This document shows positions 19,414 to 29,015 of a DNA stretch of 64,000 nucleotides, piece by piece. Origin of the DNA: Spirochaetia bacterium (GTDB taxonomy: Bacteria > Spirochaetota > Spirochaetia > UBA9216); NCBI GenBank assembly GCA_965140585.1, contig OZ223265.1, forward strand, positions 96,001 to 160,000, written 5' to 3'. The notes under the pieces were generated by a model. The model saw only the letters and a program-made list of their open reading frames with translations, was not told where the DNA came from and searched no databases. The first letter of the stretch is position 1. Each line of letters starts with the position of its first letter. The translations under genes and the position numbers were made by a program.

Positions 19414-21692
19414 AGAACATTGATGGATATTTTTCCGTTGCTAAAGTCAGCCTCGGCTTTTCCACCGTTAACAAGACTTCCAAACAGGACTTCATCGACA
19501 AAGAAAGATTTAATTTCATCCTGAATAAGTCTTGAGATATTCCTGGCACCAAATTCAACCGAATAGCCTTTTTCTGCAAGATGCGCCCTGCATGCAGCAC
19601 TGACTGTCAACCCCACATTCCGGGAAGCAAGCTGATCGATAAAAAGCCCAAGTTCCTTATCAACAATTTTAAGAATAACTTCCTGTGGCAGCCTGTTGAA
19701 GGCTATAACAGCATCAAGTCTGTTTCGGAACTCCGGTGGAAATATCCGATCAACAGCATCATTTATTGCGCTTCCGTTTATCTCACGTTCCCCGAATCCT
19801 ATCATCGGCCGTCCAAGGTCGCGGGCACCGGCATTTGATGTCATTATTATAATAACATTTCTAAAATCAGCCTTCTTTCCGTTGTTATCGGTTAGGGTCG
19901 CATAATCCATTATCTGTAGCATCACATTATAAATGTCCTGATGAGCTTTCTCCATTTCATCAAGCAGCAGAACACAGTGCGGAGTCCGTCTGATTGTGTC
20001 TGTAAGCTGTCCGCCCTCTTCAAATCCAACATATCCGGGAGGCGAACCGATAAGTCTTGCAACTGTATGCTTTTCCTGATACTCACTCATATCAAAGCGG
20101 TGCAGGGGTACCGCAAGCGCATCTGCGAGACACTTTGCAGTTTCTGTCTTACCGACTCCGGTTGGTCCTGCAAACAGAAATGAAGCGACCGGTTTATCAG
20201 GACTGCCGAATCCGGCTCTGCCACGTTTCACAGCCTTTGCTACTGCTGCAACGGCCTCCTGTTGTCCGTAGATGTTGGTAGTAAGTTCGTTTTCAAGTTC
20301 CTTAAGTTTTACGGCTTCACTTGAACTTACACTCTGCTCAGGAACACCGGCAATGCGTGAAACTATCTTTTCAACTTCAGAAGATGTGACCTTATGCGGA
20401 GAATTGTAATGAACCCTCATATATGCAGCTGCTTCATCTATCACATCAATTGCAGAATCAGGATGAAAGCGGTCATTTATAAACTGATGAGAAAGCTCAA
20501 CAGCTGATTTCAAAGCATCTTCGGTATAGCTGACACCATGATGTTCTTCAAATCCCCGCTGAAGCCCCCGCAGGATATCCAGAGTTTCTTCAGGACTGGT
20601 CTCAGGCACATCGATTTTCTGAAAACGTCTAAGAAGAGCCCGCTCTTTTTCAAAGAACTTTCTATACTCTTCATGCGTTGTGGAACCGATACAGCGAATC
20701 CTGCCTGATGCCAGGACGGGCTTCAGAATATTGGCAGCATCCATGGTTCCGCCGGAGACTGCGCCTGCACCTATAATAGTGTGAATTTCATCTATAAAAA
20801 GTATTACCTTTTCAATATTTTCAAGCTCGGAAATAATTGCCTTAAGCCTTTCTTCAAAATCTCCCCGGAATCTTGTTCCGGCAACAACGCTCCCCATATC
20901 CAACGAGAAAACCCTGTAATCTTTCAGGAACTCGGGACAACTATCAGAAACAACCTGCAGCGCAACTCCTTCAGCTAAAGCAGTCTTCCCGGTACCGGGG
21001 TCTCCGACAAGCAGGGGATTATTCTTGTAACGGCGGCACAGAACCTCGGAAAGCCGTTCAAGCAGCTGAACACGTCCGATAAGAGGCTGTACTTTGCCGG
21101 AGGCCGCATCGTCTGTAAGATCCCGCGCATAGGTTTCAAGGAAAGATTTTTTGGCTTTTCCGGTTTCACTTTTTTTCTGATTATCTGTTTCTGCTGAATG
21201 TCTAAGAGGCTCAGAACCATGCTTTTCCGGTTCAAGCTCTGCTGTGTCAAACAGCAAATCTTCATCGTCCTCATAAATTCCATGCGAGATTGTATCCAGA
21301 AGATTGAACCTGTTAAGCCCGGCCTTCTTAAGGTAGTATGAACCGAAAGATTTCTCCTCATCAAAGATGGAGACTAGAATATCGCCTAGATCAAGCATCT
21401 TCTTCTGTGAATCCTCGGTGTGCATCACTGCTCGCTCAATTACATCCTGAAAGCCGACTGTCTGAATGGGCTCACTGCCGTCAGCCACAGGTATATTGAA
21501 TTTGAGATGCTCTTCAAGTTCAAGACGTAGCTCATCCGGCTCAAGACCGCAGCCGCTGATAATTTTACGTGTAAAATCAAAATATAAAGATGCGTATAGT
21601 ATGTGTTCAGGTGTTATATATTCGTGCTTGCGTTCTCTGGCATCAAGATATGCCGCGTTTAGCATACCCTGAACGTCTTCACTGATTTCCAT
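19410..21692 (-). CDS. clpA: ATP-dependent Clp protease ATPase subunit ClpA
   Basis: HEYITPEH N-domain, two AAA+ modules (GDPGTGKT, GPTGVGKT), IGF loop; follows clpS. Confidence 0.95.
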   Translation of the reverse strand: MEISEDVQGMLNAAYLDARERKHEYITPEHILYASLYFDFTRKIISGCGLEPDELRLELEEHLKFNIPVADGSEPIQTVGFQDVIERAVMHTEDSQKKMLDLGDILVSIFDEEKSFGSYYLKKAGLNRFNLLDTISHGIYEDDEDLLFDTAELEPEKHGSEPLRHSAETDNQKKSETGKAKKSFLETYARDLTDDAASGKVQPLIGRVQLLERLSEVLCRRYKNNPLLVGDPGTGKTALAEGVALQVVSDSCPEFLKDYRVFSLDMGSVVAGTRFRGDFEERLKAIISELENIEKVILFIDEIHTIIGAGAVSGGTMDAANILKPVLASGRIRCIGSTTHEEYRKFFEKERALLRRFQKIDVPETSPEETLDILRGLQRGFEEHHGVSYTEDALKSAVELSHQFINDRFHPDSAIDVIDEAAAYMRVHYNSPHKVTSSEVEKIVSRIAGVPEQSVSSSEAVKLKELENELTTNIYGQQEAVAAVAKAVKRGRAGFGSPDKPVASFLFAGPTGVGKTETAKCLADALAVPLHRFDMSEYQEKHTVARLIGSPPGYVGFEEGGQLTDTIRRTPHCVLLLDEMEKAHQDIYNVMLQIMDYATLTDNNGKKADFRNVIIIMTSNAGARDLGRPMIGFGEREINGSAINDAVDRIFPPEFRNRLDAVIAFNRLPQEVILKIVDKELGLFIDQLASRNVGLTVSAACRAHLAEKGYSVEFGARNISRLIQDEIKSFFVDEVLFGSLVNGGKAEADFSNGKISINVL

Positions 21693-22003
21693 TAAGCCCT
21701 CTCAATTGTACAGCGCAGCGGGTATTCATCATGTTTTGCCATGCCTTTAACCTGCTCTATCTTGGTAGCCGCTATATCATAGATGTAAACTCCGGCTATC
21801 CCTTTTCCTTTCTTATGGACTTCTAACATAATTTTTGTAGCTTCTGCCGGGTTTTTATGGAAGATCTTTCTAAGAACCTCTACAACAAAATCCATCGGGG
21901 TATAGTGATCATTTAAAAGAATAACCTTATACATATCCGGTGAATCCAGTTTAATACCGGACTCGGTTGCCAGACTGGTGCCTGTATCGTGATCTTCCGT
22001 CAT
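21692..22003 (-). CDS. clpS: Clp protease adaptor ClpS
   Basis: YKVILLNDHYTPMDFVV, MLEVHKKG, YPLRCTIE. Confidence 0.96.
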   Translation of the reverse strand: MTEDHDTGTSLATESGIKLDSPDMYKVILLNDHYTPMDFVVEVLRKIFHKNPAEATKIMLEVHKKGKGIAGVYIYDIAATKIEQVKGMAKHDEYPLRCTIERA

Positions 22004-22117
22004 ATATTATAAATAATATCGCAAATCGAAACAATTTCATATAATTTTCCGAATATATCAGATTAAATTCTGCTAATTTGAACCCACAAAAGTTCCATTG
22101 TATTACACATTTAAAAA

Positions 22118-22146
22118 TGGACATAAGTTTGGATACCCCATATAAT
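22118..22146 (+). promoter_or_regulatory. Sigma70 promoter of the carboxyltransferase gene
   Basis: TGGACA-N17-TATAAT. Confidence 0.65.
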
Positions 22147-22191
22147 AAGCAAAGTTTTGCACAGCAATGATTATTAAATAAGGAAGGGAAA

Positions 22192-23877
22192 ATGAAAAAG
22201 AGAGTAAAATTCATGGTTACCGCTTTTCGTGACGGATTCCAGTCCGCCTACGGTGCCAGAGTTTTCACAAAGGATTTTCTACCGGCGGTAGAAGCCTGCG
22301 TTGATGCCGGAATGGATCATTTCGAAGCCGGCGGAGGGGCAAGGTTTCAGTCTCTGTACTTCTACTGCAATGAAGATGCCTTTGATATGATGGATGCGTT
22401 CAGAGCTGCTGCAGGTCCTGATGCAAACCTCCAGACTCTTGCGAGGGGCGTCAATGTAGTAGGTCTTGATTCGCAGCCGAGGGATATCATAAAACTGCAC
22501 GCTCAGCTGTTTAAAAAGCATGGTATTACTACTATCAGAAACTTTGATGCACTCAATGATGTAAATAACCTCATTGACAGCGGAAAGGCTATCCACGAAG
22601 CGGGACTTAAACATGAGGTATGTGTCACGCTCATGGAACTTCCTCCGGGAGCTACCGGAGCCCACACTTCAGATTTTTACATTAATACTTTAAAAGGTAT
22701 TCTGGATGCCGGAATTCCTTACGATTCTGTATGTTTCAAGGATGCCTCCGGAACAGCGGTACCAAGCAAAGTATATGATACTATTAAAAAGGCAAGAGCG
22801 CTTCTGGGGCCTGATACAAACATAGTATTTCATTCTCATGAAACAGCTGGAATCAGTGTAACAGGATACAAGGCGGCACTTGAGGCAGGTGCAGACCAGA
22901 TTGACCTTTCTCTCTCTCCGGTCAGCGGAGGAACCTGCCAGCCTGATGTTATAACAATGTGGCATGCTCTTCGCGGCACCGACTTTGATCTTGGAGTGGA
23001 TATCAACAAGGTTATTAAAGCCGAAGATGTGTTCAAAGACTGCATGAAAGACTATTTCAAGCCGCCTGAGTCAGAAAAGGTTGAACCGATAATTCCATTT
23101 TCACCAATGCCCGGCGGAGCACTCACTGCCAATACACAGATGATGAGAGACAACAACTGCCTAGATAAATTCGGTGAGGTTATACTTGCCATGAAAGAAG
23201 TTGTTGAAAAAGGCGGTTTCGGAACATCAGTCACCCCGGTATCCCAGTTTTACTTTCAGCAGGCCTTCAGCAATGTTATGTTCGGCCCATGGAAAAAAGT
23301 AGCTGACGGATACGGTAAAATGGTACTTGGATACTTCGGGAAAACCCCGGTAGAACCCGATCCGGAAATTAAAAAACTCTGCCAGGAAAAACTTGGACTT
23401 GAACCGACAGACAGAAAGGTTGTAGATATCAATGATGAAGATTCATCAAAGGGAATTGCAGCCGCAACAAAACTGCTTGAGGATGCCAGCCTCCCTGTAA
23501 ATGATGAGAACATTTTTATCGCTGCTGCATGTAAAGAAAAAGGTATAACCTTTCTTAAAGGTGAAGCAAGTACAATGGTCAGAAAAAACACCCAACATGA
23601 GGCGGCACAGCCGGCTGTACAGGCAAAACCGGCAGCCGCAAAAACTGCCCCAAAAGCAGCAGGCGGTAGCAGTATAGTAGCCAGGGTTCCCGGTACTATA
23701 TCAAGAATTTATAAGAAAGCAGGAGACCCTGTTGCATACGGTGAACCAATAATGGTTTATAAGGCAGATAACTTTGAAGTTGAGATACCTTCTAATGTGA
23801 CCGGAACTGTTAAATCTATTGATGTCGCTATCGGAGCCGCAGTAGCCGGCAACAGTCTAGTTGCAACTATAGGCTGA
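22192..23877 (+). CDS. Pyruvate carboxylase subunit B / oxaloacetate decarboxylase alpha-like carboxyltransferase
   Basis: RDGFQS, GGGARF, RNFDALND, FKDASG, HSHET, PGGAL, SVTPVSQ, Ala/Pro linker, then a biotinyl/lipoyl-like domain. Confidence 0.9.
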   Translation: MKKRVKFMVTAFRDGFQSAYGARVFTKDFLPAVEACVDAGMDHFEAGGGARFQSLYFYCNEDAFDMMDAFRAAAGPDANLQTLARGVNVVGLDSQPRDIIKLHAQLFKKHGITTIRNFDALNDVNNLIDSGKAIHEAGLKHEVCVTLMELPPGATGAHTSDFYINTLKGILDAGIPYDSVCFKDASGTAVPSKVYDTIKKARALLGPDTNIVFHSHETAGISVTGYKAALEAGADQIDLSLSPVSGGTCQPDVITMWHALRGTDFDLGVDINKVIKAEDVFKDCMKDYFKPPESEKVEPIIPFSPMPGGALTANTQMMRDNNCLDKFGEVILAMKEVVEKGGFGTSVTPVSQFYFQQAFSNVMFGPWKKVADGYGKMVLGYFGKTPVEPDPEIKKLCQEKLGLEPTDRKVVDINDEDSSKGIAAATKLLEDASLPVNDENIFIAAACKEKGITFLKGEASTMVRKNTQHEAAQPAVQAKPAAAKTAPKAAGGSSIVARVPGTISRIYKKAGDPVAYGEPIMVYKADNFEVEIPSNVTGTVKSIDVAIGAAVAGNSLVATIG

Positions 23878-23890
23878 TACTGAAAAATCT

Positions 23891-23930
23891 AATAAAAAAA
23901 CGCTGCATCTATTTGCAGCGTTTTTTTATT
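23891..23930. terminator. Bidirectional intrinsic terminator
   Basis: AATAAAAAAACGCTGCA-tctatt-TGCAGCGTTTTTTTATT. Confidence 0.9.
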
Positions 23931-23997
23931 ACTAACTGATTCTATTTATCAGAAATAATTTCAAAACTAACCGTGTTATGAAGAAAGCTCATCCTTT

Positions 23998-25494
23998 TCA
24001 GATTAAATCATTTATCTCAGTGAGCAGCTTCTCAGAATCTCTTCTAAACAGATAAACGACATCAAGAGAACCTACAATTTCAGAGGCCGGCTTCACAGCT
24101 TTCATAAACAGGCTGGAAGATATGTATTCGGCTACCCTTTCTTCAGTCGCAATTGCATCAATATTATTCCAGATTAGATGAACCATCCCCTGGATATCAT
24201 TATCAAATTCTACTGGTTCAGCTCCGAGATTAGCAACAATACCGCCAGTAAATGAACCCCGCTGAACACCTACCCGCCTTCCTTTAAAATAATCAGAAGA
24301 GTGGCTGCCGCCTTCTATATTGTAAAATCGCACATTGAACTTTTCATAAGGAATTGAAGCGATCACCGGTTCATTGTCAAAGAAGGTATTAGGCCATCCA
24401 ACATTGAGAAGCATATCAAGTCTGCCGTCCAGAAGCATGGGATACAGTTCACCCCACTGTCCCCCGTAAAAATATGACTGATAACGTCCTTTCTGAAGAA
24501 GACCTTTCAGATGAGCGACACTGATCCCTGCAGCCTCCCCTCCTGATATATGAGTCCATGGCGGATAAGCGATGTCATGTCCAATCCTGATAAGACTTTC
24601 TGTCTCAGAGGTTCCGGCTCCTGATGCATTATCTACATCACCAAGTTCGCCGAGTAGAGTTGAAATCGACTTACCAGCTTCCTGATATACTTTAACTACT
24701 TCGCCGATAAAGGGTGCGTTCTTCTCTGTAAAGACCCCGGTCTGGTGTATAGTCTCAAGTGAATCAAGCAGTGATGAAGTACTCATTGCCTGTTCTTCAA
24801 CAAGCCTGTTGATTGAACCGATTTCATGGTCAATACTCTCCAGCTCGCCGGCAGATTCAGAAAGCCTTGTGTTTGTGGAGCTGATACTATCCAGGACCTG
24901 CTGCTGGTTAGCTCCGTATTCCCGCATGAAGTCTTCTGCATCGTTAATTCTTCCGTTAACTTCTTTAATAACATCAATAATTTCATCAGTATTCACCCGG
25001 CTACGGTCGGCAAGCTTACGAATTTCTTTGGCAACGACCTGAAATCCCTTCCCCTGGGCTCCGGCTCTTGCAGCCTCTATTGCAGCATTAAGAGCAAGCA
25101 GATTAGTAAGTTCGGAAATATCTTCAATTACATCAATTCTGTCTGCAATAGTCTTGATTGATTGATCAAGTGATTCAAACATCTCGACAAGCCGTTTATA
25201 TCCGGAGTCGAGTTTTCCAACAGAATCAGCCGCGGAATTCATTGCAGAAATATTGCTCTGTGATGTTTCAATATTACGCTGAATAGATCCGGAAGATCTG
25301 TTGACAAGCTTAACAACATCACCAGCATTTTCATTTACACTCTTTAAGTTGCTGTTAGCTGAGTCAATAAGCTTTTGAATGGACGAACTTGATTTCAGGT
25401 ATTCTTCCTGAAACATCATAATGATATTAAAAATCTGGTCTGATTCAATAAAGTTACTCTTAAGGCTGTTTGAAATTCCGGATAAATCTTTCAT
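23998..25494 (-). CDS. Soluble methyl-accepting chemotaxis protein with a C-terminal family-3 solute-binding domain
   Basis: [33 protein letters not shown]; no TM; C-terminal [20 protein letters not shown] motifs. Confidence 0.88.
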   Translation of the reverse strand: MKDLSGISNSLKSNFIESDQIFNIIMMFQEEYLKSSSSIQKLIDSANSNLKSVNENAGDVVKLVNRSSGSIQRNIETSQSNISAMNSAADSVGKLDSGYKRLVEMFESLDQSIKTIADRIDVIEDISELTNLLALNAAIEAARAGAQGKGFQVVAKEIRKLADRSRVNTDEIIDVIKEVNGRINDAEDFMREYGANQQQVLDSISSTNTRLSESAGELESIDHEIGSINRLVEEQAMSTSSLLDSLETIHQTGVFTEKNAPFIGEVVKVYQEAGKSISTLLGELGDVDNASGAGTSETESLIRIGHDIAYPPWTHISGGEAAGISVAHLKGLLQKGRYQSYFYGGQWGELYPMLLDGRLDMLLNVGWPNTFFDNEPVIASIPYEKFNVRFYNIEGGSHSSDYFKGRRVGVQRGSFTGGIVANLGAEPVEFDNDIQGMVHLIWNNIDAIATEERVAEYISSSLFMKAVKPASEIVGSLDVVYLFRRDSEKLLTEINDLI

Positions 25495-25611
25495 AGCTAA
25501 ACCGCGCTCTCCAAAGTGGGATATTTAACAACATTTATCAATCTGCAACCTTCAAAGAGTAAGTCTACCTATTATAAAACCCTAAGTCAACTTTTTTAAT
25601 AATCTGAATAC

Positions 25612-25640
25612 AAAAAGGCTGCCTGCAATTCAGGCAGCCT
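25612..25640 (-). terminator. Intrinsic terminator after pckG
   Basis: AGGCTGCCTG-caatt-CAGGCAGCCT with an A-run on its left. Confidence 0.8.
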
Positions 25641-25652
25641 GCTGTTATTTAA

Positions 25653-27641
25653 TCACGAGATCTTCGCACAGTACTTTTTCGCTACGGCATCAGTAAGCTG
25701 TGTCACGGAAACTACTGTACCAAAAGACTCTTTCAGAGAAGAAAGACCTTCTCTCTGTTCTGCATATACAGAGAATATCTTTTCCGGCACTCCTTCCTCC
25801 TTGCGGAAAGCATCTTCCTGCAGGTTTAGCCTTGCAATAATGTTATCTACATAAAAGGAAAACTGCCGGTCATACAGATCCTTGGAATATGATTTTCCTA
25901 TCCCGGCAAAAAGCTGTTTAAGATCTTCGTAATACGGAATATATCCGATAGGGGTCTCTATCGCTTCAACGTCTCCGTTAGCCCGCAGTTCAAGCCAGCC
26001 AAGCCATACCTTCACATCTTTCTTTTCCCCGAGAAGCTTTTTACCCACCCCACCACGGGCTCCTTCTGTCAGAAAATAGTTCAGTCCGGCCATAATAGGT
26101 TTATTTTTAAGCTTCGGACTGTTAAAAAAACGGAATTGGGCATTCATATAATCGCCCAGAGCTCCGGGAATGAAAGGCGCATTGGCCCAGGGTTGTCTTC
26201 TCACCCCTGATGCTCCAACCTCTGTTGCTGTTGCAGCTGAAACAATTGAAGCTCCTATAGCAACTCCGGCATCCATTGTCTTGGCGACCCAGACAGGTGG
26301 CATGGTATCTGCATCTCGCCCTGAATATGTAACAACCTGAACGTGAACCCCCTCAGGACTATCAGCAGCCTCCCTGTTATAATTATCAATAGAATCACAG
26401 ACCAGCGTACATCTTGAATTAGGATGCGACATAGGAACAGGTTTTCCGTTTTTATCTGTTTTGCCCTCAAACCATTCACCCTGAAAGTTCTCTCCTTTTG
26501 AAGGTACCGGTTCTCCATCACCGTTCCATCTGGGCTTGTTGTTTTCGTCTACAAGCACATTTGAAAAAATTACCGTTGTACCTTCCTGCCTCAACCTCTT
26601 CATAAGGAAGGGGTCTCCGGCCTGGTTGACGTCTTCAAGTATGCCGAATATCCCAGTCTCGGGATTAATGGCACGGAGGGTTCCGTTTTCTTCATTTATC
26701 CACATCTGAGCAAGATCATCACCTATGAAATCAGTGCCGACCATTGCAGTTGTGGTCTTTCCGCATCCTGACGGAGCTGCTCCGGCAAAGTAGGTCTTTC
26801 GACCTCCGGGACCGGTCATACCGGTTATAAACATGTGCTCTGACAATTCTTCTTCAATTTTAAAATATGTTGCCCTGTCTACAGCAAATCTGTGATTGCC
26901 CTTCTTTAAAAGCAAAGTATTCCCTGCATAAGTACAGAAAGTTGAGTAACAGGTCTGCCAGCTTCTATCCATATAGATTCTGGCTTTCGGTACATCTTCA
27001 GATCTATTTGTCCCCTGGCTATGAATATTGGTAAAAAAAGTACCGCAGCGTTCTGCTTCAGCATCAAAATCTTTATATACATTCCTGTATAGAAGCTCAC
27101 CTGAAGTCTGAACATAGGTAGAGGATGTTATCATTAAAGCAGGAATGGAAGCTTTAGCTCCTACCGGCCCTCTATTTAGAAAGGCTACATACATAGTAAG
27201 TCCCTTCATAATCCCTTTCATATACTCTCTTACATAATTATTCGCATCAATCCGTGATTCTTTCTTAGCAATCGAGCTGATATCTTCATCCTCATTAACG
27301 ATGTAAAATGTCTGGTCCACAAGACGCCCCTGATCTTCAGGAAGATCAAAATGTATTGTATGTCCCTTGATCTCAAGTTTCTTCTCTTCACCTGTCTTCA
27401 GACTCTGCTCTTTAACATATACAGCATCGTCTTTTGAATCACTTATAACAAAAACAGAATCAGGTTCACACATTGAAATTGCATTTGCAATCTTAAGTAG
27501 AGCATCAGCGTTACTGATTTTATCCAGTTTTGCAAGATTTGAAGCATCCATATTTAATTTGAAAACAGACTTTGCAGTTTCAAGATTATGAATTCCGCCC
27601 ACATCAGAAAGGATATCAATCCCCTCCCTCATTTTTAACAT
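25653..27641 (-). CDS. pckG: Phosphoenolpyruvate carboxykinase (GTP)
   Basis: YAGNTLLLKK, EHMFI, PSGCGKTT, IGDDLA, INPETGIFG, HPNSR. Confidence 0.93.
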   Translation of the reverse strand: MLKMREGIDILSDVGGIHNLETAKSVFKLNMDASNLAKLDKISNADALLKIANAISMCEPDSVFVISDSKDDAVYVKEQSLKTGEEKKLEIKGHTIHFDLPEDQGRLVDQTFYIVNEDEDISSIAKKESRIDANNYVREYMKGIMKGLTMYVAFLNRGPVGAKASIPALMITSSTYVQTSGELLYRNVYKDFDAEAERCGTFFTNIHSQGTNRSEDVPKARIYMDRSWQTCYSTFCTYAGNTLLLKKGNHRFAVDRATYFKIEEELSEHMFITGMTGPGGRKTYFAGAAPSGCGKTTTAMVGTDFIGDDLAQMWINEENGTLRAINPETGIFGILEDVNQAGDPFLMKRLRQEGTTVIFSNVLVDENNKPRWNGDGEPVPSKGENFQGEWFEGKTDKNGKPVPMSHPNSRCTLVCDSIDNYNREAADSPEGVHVQVVTYSGRDADTMPPVWVAKTMDAGVAIGASIVSAATATEVGASGVRRQPWANAPFIPGALGDYMNAQFRFFNSPKLKNKPIMAGLNYFLTEGARGGVGKKLLGEKKDVKVWLGWLELRANGDVEAIETPIGYIPYYEDLKQLFAGIGKSYSKDLYDRQFSFYVDNIIARLNLQEDAFRKEEGVPEKIFSVYAEQREGLSSLKESFGTVVSVTQLTDAVAKKYCAKIS

Positions 27642-27831
27642 AATCAGACCCCTTTCATAGAATTGTTTATAGTCAATATTTCACACAATACACTTATGTT
27701 TAGTCTAATTTAGAGTTAACAGATCAGTCAAGCAATTTCTAAACATATTTACACATATTCAGACATAAGTTCAATAAAAGAGATGAGATTGAAATTTTTC
27801 GGTGAATATTTACAGAATTACAGTTTTTGGT

Positions 27832-28680
27832 TCAGGGCTGAACTTCAAATTGGGGCGGCAAAACACTGGTTTCATGAAGATTATTATAAAACCAGGTCTC
27901 CATAGCACTCATCCGCCTGTAAAAGGCATCATAGGGATCGATAAATACTTTAACAAGTTCATCATTCTGCAGGACAGCTCCACAGTAGCCATAAATGAGT
28001 ATACAATCAGAGCACGGAATCACAATAAGAGAAACCTTCATCTCAAGGGCATAAACGACTTTAAACAATATCCCCAGATTCTCCTCATTGGTAAGCGTTA
28101 TCATTAATTCATCGCCTGCAGGCTGATAATCCAGCCTGTAAGTACTCTTGCCCATAGAATTTTCCTGCATAAAAAGATAAACCGAATCATCAAAGGGAAC
28201 TGCCACAGGCTCCGGATCCTCAATCCTGGTACGACTGTCAGGGCTGCTTATTCTGTAGGCTTTTTTAAAAAGAGTATCGTATTTTTTCCTCGTGGCTGAA
28301 TAATACTGAACACCCTCAAAAGTACTTACCTTTCTTGAAAGATTGTAGAGCTCGCGTGATGTATCCCTGCCCGGAGTCATCTCTGCCGGATACTGGACCT
28401 TGAAAAAAGCTTCAACAGTGATTTCAGGAGCAAGTTCTGAATGCAGACTCTTTATTCTACTGCTGAGTACTGAATCAGGCAGATATAAAAGACCATCCCC
28501 TTCTTCATCAAACCTGTAAACCTGCCCTTCCCGCTCAAGAACCGACGCTGCATCTTCCGGTAGACCGTAAATAATGCTGTTTGAATCAGTCATGCCGTAA
28601 TCGGCCCAGACGTTCGGCACGGTAAAAAAAACTGTGAAAAAAATAAATATGCTGAATATATTTCTGAAGTCTACTTTCAT
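27832..28680 (-). CDS. Exported protein (DUF6675-like)
   Basis: Signal peptide ending VWA-D, STFEGVQYYSATRK. Start moved to MKVDF, giving an ATGA overlap with the upstream gene. Confidence 0.65.
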   Translation of the reverse strand: MKVDFRNIFSIFIFFTVFFTVPNVWADYGMTDSNSIIYGLPEDAASVLEREGQVYRFDEEGDGLLYLPDSVLSSRIKSLHSELAPEITVEAFFKVQYPAEMTPGRDTSRELYNLSRKVSTFEGVQYYSATRKKYDTLFKKAYRISSPDSRTRIEDPEPVAVPFDDSVYLFMQENSMGKSTYRLDYQPAGDELMITLTNEENLGILFKVVYALEMKVSLIVIPCSDCILIYGYCGAVLQNDELVKVFIDPYDAFYRRMSAMETWFYNNLHETSVLPPQFEVQP

Positions 28681-29015
28681 TTGAATTTCCACCTTAGCCA
28701 TGGTCTGAATTTAATTACATATCCGCATTCTTTCGGCAGAAATCCTGCAAAAAGAGCATGAAAAATTGTCATAGGTATGCAGGTAGAACAGTCTTTAAAC
28801 CTGCTGTTGTAAACCAGACACTGCCCCGTCTCAATATTAAAGAATCTGCAGGTCCTTGAGAAATCTATGAAGTACTTTCGGTTTACCGACAGTCTGCCTT
28901 TCGGGAATTCAGATTCGGATTTGTAAAAAGATTTGGGGTATTTTTCACAGCAGCACTGACCGCAGCCGTTACAGTACGACTCCCAGCGCCGTTTAAACTT
29001 GCCTGGCATTATCAA
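28677..29015 (-). CDS. YkgJ/YcgN-like cysteine-cluster protein
   Basis: WESYCNGCGQCC, C...CLVYNSRF...C, FLPKECGY. Confidence 0.8.
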   Translation of the reverse strand: MIMPGKFKRRWESYCNGCGQCCCEKYPKSFYKSESEFPKGRLSVNRKYFIDFSRTCRFFNIETGQCLVYNSRFKDCSTCIPMTIFHALFAGFLPKECGYVIKFRPWLRWKFK

